This document shows positions 12,056 through 24,993 of a stretch of 64,000 nt of DNA, piece by piece. The notes under the pieces are model-generated. The model had not been told where the DNA came from. It was given only the letters and a program-made list of their open reading frames with translations, and did no database searches. A program made the position numbers and the translations under genes. Origin of the DNA: Octopus sinensis (lineage: Eukaryota); NCBI RefSeq assembly GCF_006345805.1, contig NC_043000.1:94488001-94552000 (forward strand). The letters are read 5' to 3'. Numbering within the stretch: the stretch's first letter is position 1; every line of letters starts with the position of its first letter.

Positions 12056-12460
12056 CTCTCTTTACTCTTTTACTCTTTTACATGTTTCAGTCATTTGACT
12101 GCGGCCATGCTGGAGCACCGCCTTTAGTCGAGCAAATCGACCTCGGGACTTATTCTTTGCAAGCCTAGTACTTATTCTATCGGTATATTTACGGGGACGT
12201 AAACACACCAGCATCGGTTGTCACACCAGCATCGGTTGTCAAGTGATGTTGGGGGACAAACACAGACACACACACACACACAATCACACCCACACATACA
12301 TATATGTATATATACGACGGGCTTCTTTTCAGTTTCCGTCTACCAAATCCACTCACAAGGCTTTGGTCGGCCCGAGGCTATAGTAAAAAACACTTGCCCA
12401 AGGTGCCACGCAGTGGGACTGAACCCGGAACCATGTGGTTGATATGCAAGCTACTTACTG
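12056..12460 (-). mobile_element. SINE family A
   Basis: Same head, internal microsatellite and tail as 1072-1490. Contains a small internal duplication of cacaccagcatcggttgtca. Confidence 0.9.
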
Positions 12461-12462
12461 TA

Positions 12463-12647
12463 CATTATTTACATTTGACAGATATTTGTCCTCATCTTGT
12501 TTGCTGTTAACACAACGTTTCGGTTGATATACCCTTCATCAGCTGTCTTGGGGAAATTTCGAACCTAGTTTTATCAGCTGAAACGTTGTGTTAACAACAA
12601 ACAAGATGAGGACAAATATCCGTCAAATATAAATGACGTAAATAATG
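12463..12647. mobile_element. Hairpin element with ~60-bp inverted arms and a hammerhead-like core (Penelope-derived?)
   Basis: atttgacagatatttgtcctcatcttgtttgctgttaacacaacgtttc is mirrored by gaaacgttgtgttaacaacaaacaagatgaggacaaatatccgtcaaat. Minus strand has CTGATGA..GAAACGTT at 12514-12542. A collapsed relative lies at ~13545-13615. Confidence 0.7.
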
Positions 12648-13692
12648 AAGGATAAAATAGGTTTAACAGTTTAACGTATTCCATAAATGGGGGGGGGGTA
12701 AAGAATGTATGACGTGTGTATTAGTATACTTGCACAAGCAGTAACAATTTATCAAAAATCGGAAATATTAAAAGATCAGCTTAATTAGATAACTGTTCTT
12801 TATGAACATCTTACAGTAGACGCCATTTATAAGAAATTAACAATATAAATTTCTTCTAAATTAACTAAAGAATAATACTAAAGATAATAATAATAACTAA
12901 AGAAACAGGTGTGATGTTAGAATTTTGTTCATATACACGAAATTTCATTCGCTTCCTGTAAATAAAAGAGCTTTTCCGTGGCTAGATTCAAACATATATC
13001 GAATAAATTTACTAGGGGCAGGTTGGTTTAGGTAGTTATTTAGAAGTTGGACTCTTTGAAAGCAGCTTTTATTCTAAATATGCTTAACGTATGTCTGTTT
13101 CTGTTTGGAAACATTACGAAGCAATCGCATCTGCGGGTTTCTATTTTGGATTAGATCAGTATTTTGTCCATTTTTCTTTATTTTAGTATGTATAACACTA
13201 TGTTTGTGTGTTTATTTTATTTTCATCGTCATATATTAGCCTATTCAGCGGTAGATACGATGAGAGAAACTCTCAGATTGGCTTACTACCTCTCTCGCTG
13301 ATATATATTTGTTAATAAAGGTAAATAATTCTTTTCGAAATCAATCATTTTGATCAGGAAAAATTTTTCAATCGACATATACAATTCTAACAATTCTGCT
13401 AAGTCACTTCATGGGGCTGGTACGTTATTTATTAATTACGAGAAGTTGAAAGAAAAAGTTGACCTGTAGGGGATCTAGTTTTACAATACAGAAAGCCGGA
13501 ACAAATTTCACGAATAAACTAACAATAGAGTTCTATATTTAAGAGATGAGGAATTATGTACATTATTTACATTATTTATCCGTCGAATGTAAATAATGTA
13601 AATAATGTAAATAATAAACTAACGCTGCCTCATAAGATTTTCAACAAAATATTTCTGTTATAAATCGCAGCCTCGATTACAAAACAAAAGAG

Positions 13693-14010
13693 TCAACTGA
13701 GCTATGAACTGAGCCAAGAAGAATCCTTGAACAGAATCCTGAACTAAGTTATGAAATGAGACACGAAGCAATCCTTTAAATGAATCATGAAGTGTGGCGT
13801 GAACTACCTCATGAACTGAGGCAGGCATTTATCCAAGAATTGAGCCGTAAACTCGGCTATTAACTCGGTAATCAACTGAGTATTGAACTGAGCCATAACT
13901 GAGCTAGGAACTGAATCATGAAATAAGCTGTGAAATAAATCATAGCCTAAGAACCACAAACTGAGCCACAAACCTGGTCGTGACTTGAGTCAAGAACTGA
14001 GCCATGAGCA
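13693..14010 (+). repeat. Degenerate 12-bp minisatellite (consensus GAACTGAGCCAT), about 26 units
   Basis: 12-nt periodicity is visible, e.g. gaactgagccaa, gaactaagttat, gaactacctcat, gaattgagccgt, gaactgagccat. Confidence 0.8.
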
Positions 14011-14190
14011 ACGTATTTGAAACTCAAAACTTTTGTTAAAACCTATGCGAACAATATAACAAAATAAATGTAAATAGTTTTGCCTGTCTTAAAATTTAAA
14101 TTCCATTTATTTTAGATTTGTAAAATAATCTAACATTTCATAAACATTAGGCTGTCAATATTGTGTGTACTTATTTATTTATACACACAC

Positions 14191-14291
<101 letters not shown>

Positions 14292-14292
14292 A

Positions 14293-14418
14293 TATATACA
14301 TGTACACCATCCCTTGTATCTCAAATTATTCTTTACGATATTCTGTAGAAGAATTGTCGTGCAAAGTTTTAAAGGTAAAAATATAATATAATATATATAT
14401 ATACATCCAAGCAAGTTT

Positions 14419-14450
<32 letters not shown>

Positions 14451-14549
14451 TATGTATAAATATATATATATATTATATATATATATATATATGTATATAT
14501 ATGTGTATGTGTTTGTGTGTGTGCGCATGTAAGATGTATGTATGCATAC

Positions 14550-14582
<33 letters not shown>

Positions 14583-14716
14583 TGTATGTATGTATATACA
14601 TGTACACCATCCCTTGTATCTCAAATTATTCTTTACGATATTCTGTAGAAGAATTGTCGTGCAAAGTTTTAAAGGTAAAAATATAATATAATATATATAT
14701 ACATCCAAGCAAGTTT

Positions 14717-14748
<32 letters not shown>

Positions 14749-14844
14749 TGTATAAATATATATATATATATAATATAATATATATATGTATATATATGTG
14801 TATGTGTTTGTGTGTGTGCGCATGTAAGATGTATGTATGCATAC

Positions 14845-14877
<33 letters not shown>

Positions 14878-14895
14878 TGTATGTACGTATGTACG
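14293..14895. repeat. Tandem duplication of a 300-bp microsatellite-bounded unit
   Basis: catgtacaccatcccttgtatctc... starts at both 14299 and 14599. The unique portions are identical. Confidence 0.95.
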
Positions 14896-15251
14896 TATGT
14901 ATGTATGTATGTATGTATGTATGTATGTATACGTGAATGTATGCGATATATATTTCTTTCTTATTCTCGCTAGTTATGTTATCCGAACGTATGCGATTTT
15001 GCTTCTTATTAGTTTTGAGTGTAATTTCAATAGTTTGCTAAGTCTGAATAGCTGAATACATCAAACTGTCTACTCCAGAACCAGAAAAGCTGTAGGCAAA
15101 AATATAGAGAGAAATTATTCTGCAGTAGAACAGTAGAATATCTCCCAAAGATATTTCACATACATCCAAAGTAAGCTTTGAGATTCATATACTTGATCAT
15201 AAGTGCATTGATTTGGTTGTATGTTTCTGAATGTATGTGTATTTATATATA

Positions 15252-15299
<48 letters not shown>

Positions 15300-16094
15300 T
15301 ATATAGATATATATATATATATATATATATATACACGCTCGCACGCACACACAAATATGCATATATATAGTTAGACATATTCATGCACATACATATGTAC
15401 ATATATACGTGTATATATATATATACACACATATATATACATATATATATATATACATATAGTGTATACATATACATGCATATATGTACGTATGTGTGTG
15501 TATGTATATATATACATATACACATATAACATATATATACATATATGTATACATATATGTGTATAATGTTCGTGTGTGTGTGCGGGCGCATAAGTTCATT
15601 CACACATCTGCTAACTCATCATGTATTCTCATAGAGTTTAATCCAATGCAACAAAATATTGATGCTTGATAAAGACGGAAATTTTTCTAAACACCAAAAA
15701 ACATTATAATTACACTTAACTGTAACCCTAAACCTATTAAAGACCTTCTACGTAATAGTCACACTTAGCTCTGAATTTCTGTTTCAGTTGTAGCTGAAAA
15801 CAAAGACTACAGTCAGAAAAAAAATGTTTACGCACATTGAATGATTATAAATACAATGTTTATTAAAACACTGCTCATTATCAAAATTTAGTGGAATCCA
15901 CACACACATACACACACAGTGTAGCATACGTGTGCACTCACATAGACACACGCAAGCAAAGCATAGGAAATTAAGATGCATCCCTGAAAACGTACAGAAC
16001 AAGAAGCTGAAAGTTTTAAAATATTGCAGCTGAAGTTGAAATTTGATGTTTAATAAAATGCATTTTGAAAATGTGTGTGCGTGTGGATGAATGT

Positions 16095-16735
16095 GTCTCA
16101 GCCAAACTGAGCTACTCCTGCCTAGACAAAATCGCATCTAACATCGCTTTAACAGATGTGACCTCATAAATCCAACTTGCAAATGCCGAAACTCCACCAC
16201 CTGCCCTATAGAAGAATCCTACCTCTCAAGGACTTCAGCGTACAGAGCCACTCTTATACCATCCGATGAAATCGCTAGGCACTATACGGGTATGACAACC
16301 AATGATTTCAAGAGGCGATACTCTCCCAGCACATGCACTCATTCAGATCTAGGGGTGGTGAGAACCCTACTTCTCTGTCTCGCTTTATCTGGAGACTCCG
16401 TGACATCCGAGACGAAATACCCAGCATCAAGTGGACCATTGTCGACAGGGTGCCACCATATTCACCCGGCCACTTTAATTGTCAGTTCTGTCTCCGCGAA
16501 AAACTGCACATTTTCTACCAACCCACAGTATCCATCAACAAAAAATAGATCTATCCTATTGCTGTCACCAAAAGTATGCACTTCTGGTAAATTTGAAGCT
16601 ACGGGCCGCCGACAACTAGGATATACCACCTTAGTACCAGCTGCTATTCTGCACCACCAGCACCGCCTGCCCTAAGGTTACCGTCACCAAACAACCCCCA
16701 TGAGTAGGACCGCCAATAACCATTCCCCAACGGTT
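16095..16735 (+). mobile_element. Penelope-like element (Neptune-type) C-terminal GIY-YIG endonuclease relic
   Basis: Joined frames read KLSYSCL..., CKCRNSTTCP, YRAT...HYTGMTTNDFKRRY, HMHSFR...TSLSRFIWRL, IKWTIVDRVPPY, CQFCLREKLHI. This is the CxC-x5-CP / Y.G.T..FK.RY..H / C.LC..EK pattern of PLE GIY-YIG domains. Confidence 0.85.
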
Positions 16736-17296
16736 ATTTTTGAAAGTAGTGGTTTTCTGATTGCAGCCCTCCCGTGAAATCCGGCTTTGTGTAGCTCCCG
16801 GCAAACAGTCTTTGTGGGAACTGGATTCTCGAGGTGGTCATTAAGCTCTGCAGTAATTTTGAGAGCTGTACTTTTGTGATCCTTTCTAACAATTCGCGTA
16901 AGAGTCCGACGGCCCTATCTGAAAATTTTGGTTTTCTTCCGGAGTTCTGTTTCGACGAGGAAGTTTTTCCCTCTTTCTCAAAGCTGTCATTACTTTCAAG
17001 ATAGTACTTCTTTATACACCAAACATTTCGGCAGTTTTTCGCTACGCTGGTACCTGCCATATGAGCACCAACAATTTGACCTCTTTGAAAGTCCGATAGA
17101 TCTGTTATTTTAATGAACTTTAATTATATGTTTGTGATGATATCTGAAAAGAAACAGCAATTTTAGAAAAACATATTAAGCAACTCTAATAATAAATAAA
17201 AAAAAACGTAAAAATAAAAAAGTTTTTGAAAGTTTTATAGGTATTTCAAAATTATGATGCTATGATGCTAGGTGTTTCCATTATTTTATCCAAAAC

Positions 17297-17301
<5 letters not shown>
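16736..17301 (-). mobile_element. Tc1-like DNA transposon, 5' TIR and N-terminal transposase relic
   Basis: Minus strand TA|CAGGTTTTGGATAAAATAATGGAAACACC terminus; the frame reads MAGTSV...FEKEGKTSSSKQNSGRKPKFSDR (GRPR-like motif). Confidence 0.8.
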
Positions 17302-17338
<37 letters not shown>

Positions 17339-17349
17339 TATACATATAA

Positions 17350-17648
17350 ATCACGTGATCACGTGACCGACCAGGCTATCAGATGTTGCTACACATCGCT
17401 GGTCACAGTGCGCTTCGCATTGTTTTAGCCTTCAAACGACGCCACACCGCTGGCTAAGCGAGCAGGCCAACAGAAGAAAGAGTGAGAGAAATTTGTGGTG
17501 AAAGAGTACGGCAGGGATCACCACCACCCCCTGCCAGAGCCTCGTGTGGAGCTTTAGATGTTTTCGCTCAATAAACATTCACAACGCCCGGTCTGGGAAT
17601 CGAAACCGCGAGTCCGCGGCCCTAACCACTGGGCCATTGCGCCTCCAC
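17350..17648 (-). mobile_element. tRNA-derived SINE family C
   Basis: Head GGAGGCGCAATGGCCCAGTGGTTAGGGCCGCGGACTCGCGGTTTCGATTCCCAGACC (A and B boxes). Its 3' part is homologous to 38284-38418 (+). Confidence 0.8.
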
Positions 17649-17669
17649 ACACATACACACACACACATA

Positions 17670-17743
<74 letters not shown>

Positions 17744-18272
17744 TATAAATATATAATATATAAATATAGGCATATATACATACATATATGTACATACCTA
17801 CATCTATATGTATATATACATGCATATATGGGTACAGGACATAAAAAACACGTTGAACACAATGAGAAACAAAAGCATAAAAACAAAAACATGGAAACGA
17901 ACTTTTTTTTTCAAACAACGACAAAACAGAGTACAAGACATACAACAAAGGAATATTCTCCTTCTTCAGTTGTCCCTGTTTCGTCTAATCCGCGTTACGA
18001 TGGTAGGGACAAGACGCGACTTCTTTGAAACAGTCCTTCCCGCAAATCAAATTAAATAAAATTTGGGATTTTTTGCGGAGGCGTAAAAGTGGTAATAAGA
18101 ACAGGACAGTAAGAACAAAAGAAGAAAGTAAAAATGATAAAGGTAAAAATAGTTAAAAACAGAACAAAGAGAATAACACAGTAAAAACAAACGATAAAGG
18201 CTGTTAAGTCAAGACGATGGAAAAGTTATTCTGAACGCTTGAGGAGACAGCTTATGAGAGAGACAGGATAAG

Positions 18273-18355
<83 letters not shown>

Positions 18356-18379
18356 TGTCTTAATGTTTATATTGCAGTT

Positions 18380-20300
18380 ATTTCAGGAGAGATGCAACAA
18401 TGTTCTTTTTGATGTTTCAGGAAAATCATTTGGGGATGGAATATATAAATTAGGATCAGAAGTATTAGATTTTAAGAGGTGACACTACCGAGACTCGCTT
18501 GATTTCAATGATATGATGATAAATGAACTTTTAGAAACAAAGAGATCCACTCATGAAAAGCTTCTTGACCTAAACGTAAAAGATAAAGTGCAACTAGAAA
18601 AGTTGTACAAGTCTCAGAAAGCAGACTTGCAAAAAGAACTCAAGAGGCTTAAAGACACTTGGTCGAGAAATTTGTCAGGGGAAGTATATGCGGCTTATGG
18701 CAATAAAGACATTAAAAGTGTTTTTGCAGGTTGTTGCAGCAAACTTTTGAACCCCAGTCTTCATCATATGTTCCCTTGAAGTCAAAAGATGAAAATGAGG
18801 TTATTTGTGAAGCCTCAGGATATTGCAAGAAATAATGAATAGATAGACAAAACACTTTGATAAACAAAATTCTGCAAAGAGAGGTAGTGCAATACATGAA
18901 CGATACACCTTCCATTGAAGAAGTAAATCTGGCATTATAAAAACTGAGACCTGGCAAAGCTCCTCGATTGGATGGTATTCCAGTTGAAATTCTGAAAGCA
19001 AATGGGGATCATATGTCATCTGAAATTCATAACCTGATAACTCGAGACTGGAATGAATCTTCTGTGCTACAGAACAGGATAAATGGTATTCTAATATTTA
19101 TATACAAGTGTAAGGGCCCAAAAGCGGCGTGTGGTAATTCTAGAGGGATAACTCTCTTTTGCACATACCGGGAAGACACTTTCAAGGATCATATTAGATC
19201 GTTTCGTTGAAAATGTGTCCACATGTGATTCCCGAATAATGGTGTGGTTTCAGACCTCAGCGAGGAACAATGGACATGATATTTTCTGCGAGACAAGTTA
19301 AGGAGAAATGCTTAGAGGAACTATACCAGGTCTTCATAGATTTAACTAAAGCATTTAGAAATGGTGGTCTTAGTGCAGAGATATACTATTGAATAGGGAA
19401 GGGAAGTGTTACATTTGGAAAGCTCGAAAAGTGAGACGTGGACTACTTACAGGTGTCATATGGAAATACTGGAGAGATTTCATCCAAAAAACCTCAAACG
19501 TATCTTGAGAGTCAAGTGGGGATTTTTTCATACCAGATACAGAAGTTTTGCGCATGGTACGTTGTAGCTCAATTGAACATGTTATCTTGGCTCAAATGAG
19601 ATGGGCTGGATATGTCATTAAGATGTAAGATGAGCGATTGCCAGGGCGTCTTTTTTTATGCTTAGCTCAACTTTGGTAAGCGGCCACAGCATAACCGAGG
19701 AAAAGATATAAAGACTGTGTGAAGGAAAACCTGATGAAACTAGATATCAACAAAAGTGATTGAGAAATTGATGTTCTGGATCGAAACAAGTTGAGATGTG
19801 TTGTTAGGATTGGCTGAAATGCCTGAAAGGAAAAGATGATTCAGCACACGGAGTTTGAAAGGGCCTGTCGCAAAGGAACAACTGGAGCTGAAATCAACGG
19901 TGAACATTGGATATGTATTACGTGTGATCATGCTCTGTTGTCAAAAGCGGGATACGTGAATCATATGAAGTCACATGAAAATCGAATTCCCAAGTAGGTA
20001 ATAATCTTGAACATCAACCGCATCTTATGACTTGTGTCATATGTCACAAAACTTGTAAGACAATATCTGGACTTAAAAGACATATGCTAGTTCACAAAAA
20101 CATTCCTTCAGAATCAGATTCCAACGGGCAAAGATATAGGAGAAGCTTGAATTAAAATCCGTCGCTTGTGTTTTAAACCCTGTCAGTCAGCAGCTGGTCT
20201 TAAAAGTCATCTGAGGGCTCAACAACGGAAGGGTTGTGCTGTGTGATGGTGTGCAGTGTGTATTGATGGGACGGCTATCATCTGTCAAGATGAAGCAATA
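18380..20300 (+). mobile_element. RTE-clade LINE relic, RT core deleted, with three C-terminal C2H2 zinc fingers
   Basis: GKAP..DGIPVEILK, YKCKG...CGNSRGITL, CGFRPQRGTMDMIFSARQVKEKC, FIDLTKAF, LRWAG. C-terminal CITC-x12-HMKSH, CVIC-x12-HMLVH and a degenerate third finger. Confidence 0.88.
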
Positions 20301-20957
20301 ATCATGTATGTATGCATGAGTAAAGTAGCTGGCGTCGATAAATACATACATGCTTAAAACTACATGATGATTTGTTTGTAGTGGTCAAATGTTTGTGTTC
20401 ACATAAGTTCACTCCCTCTATCAAATCGACATTAGCTATGTACCTCATAGGTGCACCATGTACCACATGTCAAATGACGAAATGATCACAAAGTTTGAAT
20501 TCCTTGAGTGACCTCTCTAATGTCTAATTTGACTATATTTTCAACCACAAGCATATTTCTACTGCCACCTTTTGATTCTTCTAATTGGTAGTTTTAATTT
20601 ATTTCAATGTAATAAAACATTTTTTTAAATAGGAGAAAAAGGGAACTATACTGCTTAGAGTTTGCTTCAGTGCGTTACTCTTAATCTTCTGAAGACAACT
20701 ATTTTTGTAACTTTGTCTTTACGGAACTAACTTTCTATTATATTATCTCCCAATATAACCGTGTAACGGCCACTTATAATGAATATAACCACATTTAATT
20801 TTATCGAGAACTCGTACGCTGGAAGGCGTAAAAGTTGGCCTTACAAATATCATTCACACTACTGTATATATACTTTAAATCTCTCACTCTCTTTCTCTCT
20901 CTCTCTCTTTCTGTCTCTCTCTTTCTCTCTCTCACTCTCTCTCTATATACCTGTGTG

Positions 20958-21021
<64 letters not shown>

Positions 21022-21270
21022 ATGTATGGTATGTATGTATGCATGTATGTATGTGTGTATGTATGTATGTAGTTTTGTACACGAGCATATGCGTGTGGGT
21101 GTGTATTGTGTAAGTATGTATATATGTGTACGTATATATATATATATATAATAAAATTAAACAATGGGTTGCTTGCATCAGAATTTATGTTCTTTACTAT
21201 GGAATTGTCCATATATTAATTATCTTTTTTAGCTATGTTTGTTTTAGCAGGAAGATATTAAGCAACGTGC

Positions 21271-21320
<50 letters not shown>

Positions 21321-21339
21321 CATATATATATATATTTAA

Positions 21340-21933
21340 TATATATATATATATAGATATATATATATATATATATAAACATATAATACATAATATATAT
21401 ATAATTAATATATATATATATATTATATATATAATGCATATGCATATACACTTACATACATGCATAAACTCATACGTTCATAATTAACAACACACATGTT
21501 TATATATATATACATATATATATACTATTTGTAAATATATATGTGTACGTGTGTAAACCGCATAACATATTAAAGTATAAGCATATATACGTATGCGTAG
21601 ATATAGTGCGTATAGTTAGATATATACATAGTACACACAGCGTACACAACACCATACTACACCATATACACACACATATATACATACATACATATAATAT
21701 ATAATAAAGATAGAGAGATAATAATCTCTGTCTCTGTCTATCTATTATACATACATACATTTATATATGTATATATATATATATATATATATAGATATAT
21801 ATATATATCTATATTATATATATATTATATACACAGACACATACATACATACATACATACAGACATACATACATACATACATACATACATACATACACAT
21901 GCTTACATACATAAATATATATATATACATATA

Positions 21934-21968
<35 letters not shown>

Positions 21969-22434
21969 CATATATATATGTATATATATATATTTTATGT
22001 ATGTACCATGTATGTATGTATGTATGTATGTAGTATGTATGTATGTATGTATGTATGTGTCTGTGTATATATATATATATATATATATACATATATAAAT
22101 GTATGTATGTATAGATAGATAGTAGACAGACAGAGCTTAATTATCTCTCTATCTTTATATATATATATATGTATGTATGTATATATGTGTGTGTATATGT
22201 GTGTATGTATGTGTGTGTGTACGCGTGTGTGTACTATGTATATAGCCTAACTATTACGCACTATATACATGCATTTACGTATATATATGCTTATACATTT
22301 AATATGTTATGCGTGTTTACACACGTACACATATATAATTTACAAATAGTTATATGTATATGTATATATATATAAACATGTGTGTGTGTATTTATGAACG
22401 TATGAGTTTATGCATGTATGTAAGTGTATATGCA

Positions 22435-22468
<34 letters not shown>

Positions 22469-22519
22469 ATATATATGTTTATATATATATATATATAATA
22501 TATATATATATTATATATA

Positions 22520-22540
<21 letters not shown>
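21340..22540. repeat. Large imperfect palindrome (inverted duplication) centred in a (TA)n tract
   Basis: atgtgtacgtgtgtaaaccgcataacatattaaagtataagc (21541) is mirrored by gcttatacatttaatatgttatgcgtgtttacacacgtacacat (~22289-22332). Paired positions give an axis near 21937. Confidence 0.88.
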
Positions 22541-22595
<55 letters not shown>

Positions 22596-22844
22596 TACAC
22601 ACACACATATATAGGTATTTAAATATCTGTTCCGTGGATTAATTACCTGTTTCAATATGTCGGTCTAACAAGAACAACATTAGCTTAATGATCGTTTCTG
22701 ATAAGACCGATATGGCAGAAGCGGATAATTATCCGTAGAACAATATACAAATTCTATTACGTAAGTACATACATATATACATACATACATATATACTGCT
22801 GTTGTGTGTATGTGGGTGTGTATACATACATACACACACACACA

Positions 22845-22931
<87 letters not shown>

Positions 22932-23220
22932 TATATATTTGAATGTACCTATGTATGTAGATATGTGTATATGTATCAGCATTTGTGTATTTGACTTACG
23001 GATTAATACATACATATTTGTGACTGTGTGTCGATGTATTTATATATATATACCCACGCACATGCATACTTACGTATACAGATACACAAACCCATACATA
23101 CATTTATTTCGAAATCACAAACGCGAAATTAACTCTTAAGTATCATAACATGTTTTTAGTTTTCACACATGTGCACCCAGATACTGACAAATAACGCCGA
23201 GCACATCGCATACGCGCCCT

Positions 23221-23268
<48 letters not shown>

Positions 23269-23813
23269 GCACTCCAACACTAGTTCTTCCATAACTTTAA
23301 TCATGCACACACACATGCTTGCACGATCTTCAATAACATCTTCTGATTTACCCTCTCCTTAGTAATTTCACTTATATCAAACTTCGCCATTGTTGTTGCT
23401 GTCGATATTGTTTTTGTTTTCTTTCTGCTTTGTTGGTGTCGTTACTGCTGCTGTTGTTGTTGTTGTTATTGTAGTTGTTGTTGCTGTCGAGATGAACTAT
23501 GATTAACCAGATCTATGATAAAAGATAGTCCTCATGTGATCGCCCCACTTTCCTTGAGGAGCAATGTGTTAAGTCTTCTCCGTTTGATTTAAGACATTTA
23601 CGTGTGACATAAGGAAAATTTTGTTGCAACCGGTGAATTTAGAGACGCCTCGTAGACCCACTGTATGCTCGGCAAATATAATCGAAAAATACTCTGATGT
23701 TCTTCTGTAGTCCGGTAACTAATTTCAACCTAGTGAACACACCTTGAGTACTTCCTCTTAAATAATACACACACACACACACACACACACACATTATATT
23801 AACTTCTTTCCAG

Positions 23814-23889
23814 ATGACTCTGAAGAGGCTATAAGATATCGCTCCAGCACTCATTTTCGGGCACATATTCACTTATTGCAGAAACAACT
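23814..23889 (+). CDS. Candidate internal coding exon of an unidentified host gene
   Basis: Acceptor aacttctttccag and donor gtaagc. 76 nt, with one open frame (DSEEAIRYRSSTHFRAHIHLLQKQ). No homology recognised. Confidence 0.35.
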
Positions 23890-24200
23890 GTAAGCAAATT
23901 AAAGTATGTTCGCAATTCTTGTAATTTTTTATCATTCATTAATAGACTTAATTCACAGTACTTACTAGACGGTTTACTTCAAATATTAAGATTTGACAAC
24001 TGGTTATTAGTATCGCTATGTGTGTATGTGTGTGGTGTGTGTGAAAAGGTAAAGTTCAATTTATGCTATACTTTGGAAGGTTCCAAAGGGGCGATTTCTA
24101 AGAACGATTCTTCATATTTTGCTGGTAGCTTACTGGCGTAAGATTTTTGCGAATATGAAATTATTACATGTGTAAGGTATGAGATGGGAATTTATGGAAG

Positions 24201-24624
24201 GGTATCCCATAGAAACTGAACAAACTGTTAAAGACGGAGAAGAGAAGATGTTAAAATTGTAAAAAAAAGAATTGTTTTAGTTCTTTCACAACTAGACTCA
24301 ACAAATTTGTTTTTTAGTATGTTCATGATCTTCCATAAGGATAAAATATGCATATCCAAATATGTTATTTGCTACTTCCTCCATCAAGTCTTATGTAACA
24401 ATAATAATAATTTTTTGATGCATTCAATTTTCTGCTCTGAGAAGAACAGTAATATTTAATTAATTAATCTAATTTAATTTAATTAATTTCTAATTATTCT
24501 ACCATGTTATTTACATGTTAATATTGCTATTCGAAACGATCGTATGTATGTATTAAAATTCTTTTTTAAAATTTTAACATCTCTTTTCCATTAGTAACAG
24601 TCTGTTGAGTTTCTATGGGATACC
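24201..24624. mobile_element. MITE with 30-bp TIRs (possibly Kolobok-type)
   Basis: GGTATCCCATAGAAACTGAACAAACTGTTA pairs with TAACAGTCTGTTGAGTTTCTATGGGATACC (2 mismatches). The TSD is not clear. Confidence 0.65.
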
Positions 24625-24651
24625 TTTGCATAAATTCTCATCTCATACCTT

Positions 24652-24690
<39 letters not shown>

Positions 24691-24739
24691 AATACACACA
24701 CACACACAGACACACACACATATATATATCTGTGTGCAT

Positions 24740-24957
24740 GTATATGTTTGTGTGTCTGTGTTTGTCCCTCACCATCGCTTGACAACCGATGTTGTTAGGT
24801 CTACGTCTCCGTAATTTAGCGATTCGGCAAAAGAGACCGATAGAATAAGTCCTAGGTTTACAAAAATTAAGTTATGGTGTCGACTTGTTCGACCAGAAAG
24901 ACGGTGTTTCAGTATGACCGCAGTCAAATGGCTGAAACAAATGATAGACTAAAAGAA
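24740..24957 (+). mobile_element. SINE family A, 3' half
   Basis: gtttgtccc...cgcttgacaaccgatg...ccgcagtcaaatggctgaaac tail. Confidence 0.8.
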
Positions 24958-24962
24958 TATAT

Positions 24963-24993
<31 letters not shown>

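Noticed and set aside
17600-17648. tRNA gene calls at SINE heads (also 1440-1490, 36183-36270, 28871-28935)
   Set aside because: A/B boxes are present but there is no complete cloverleaf, and each continues into a shared SINE body.
22621-22746. Imperfect ~125-bp hairpin
   Set aside because: Too degenerate and single-copy here; probably an old MITE remnant that cannot be classified.
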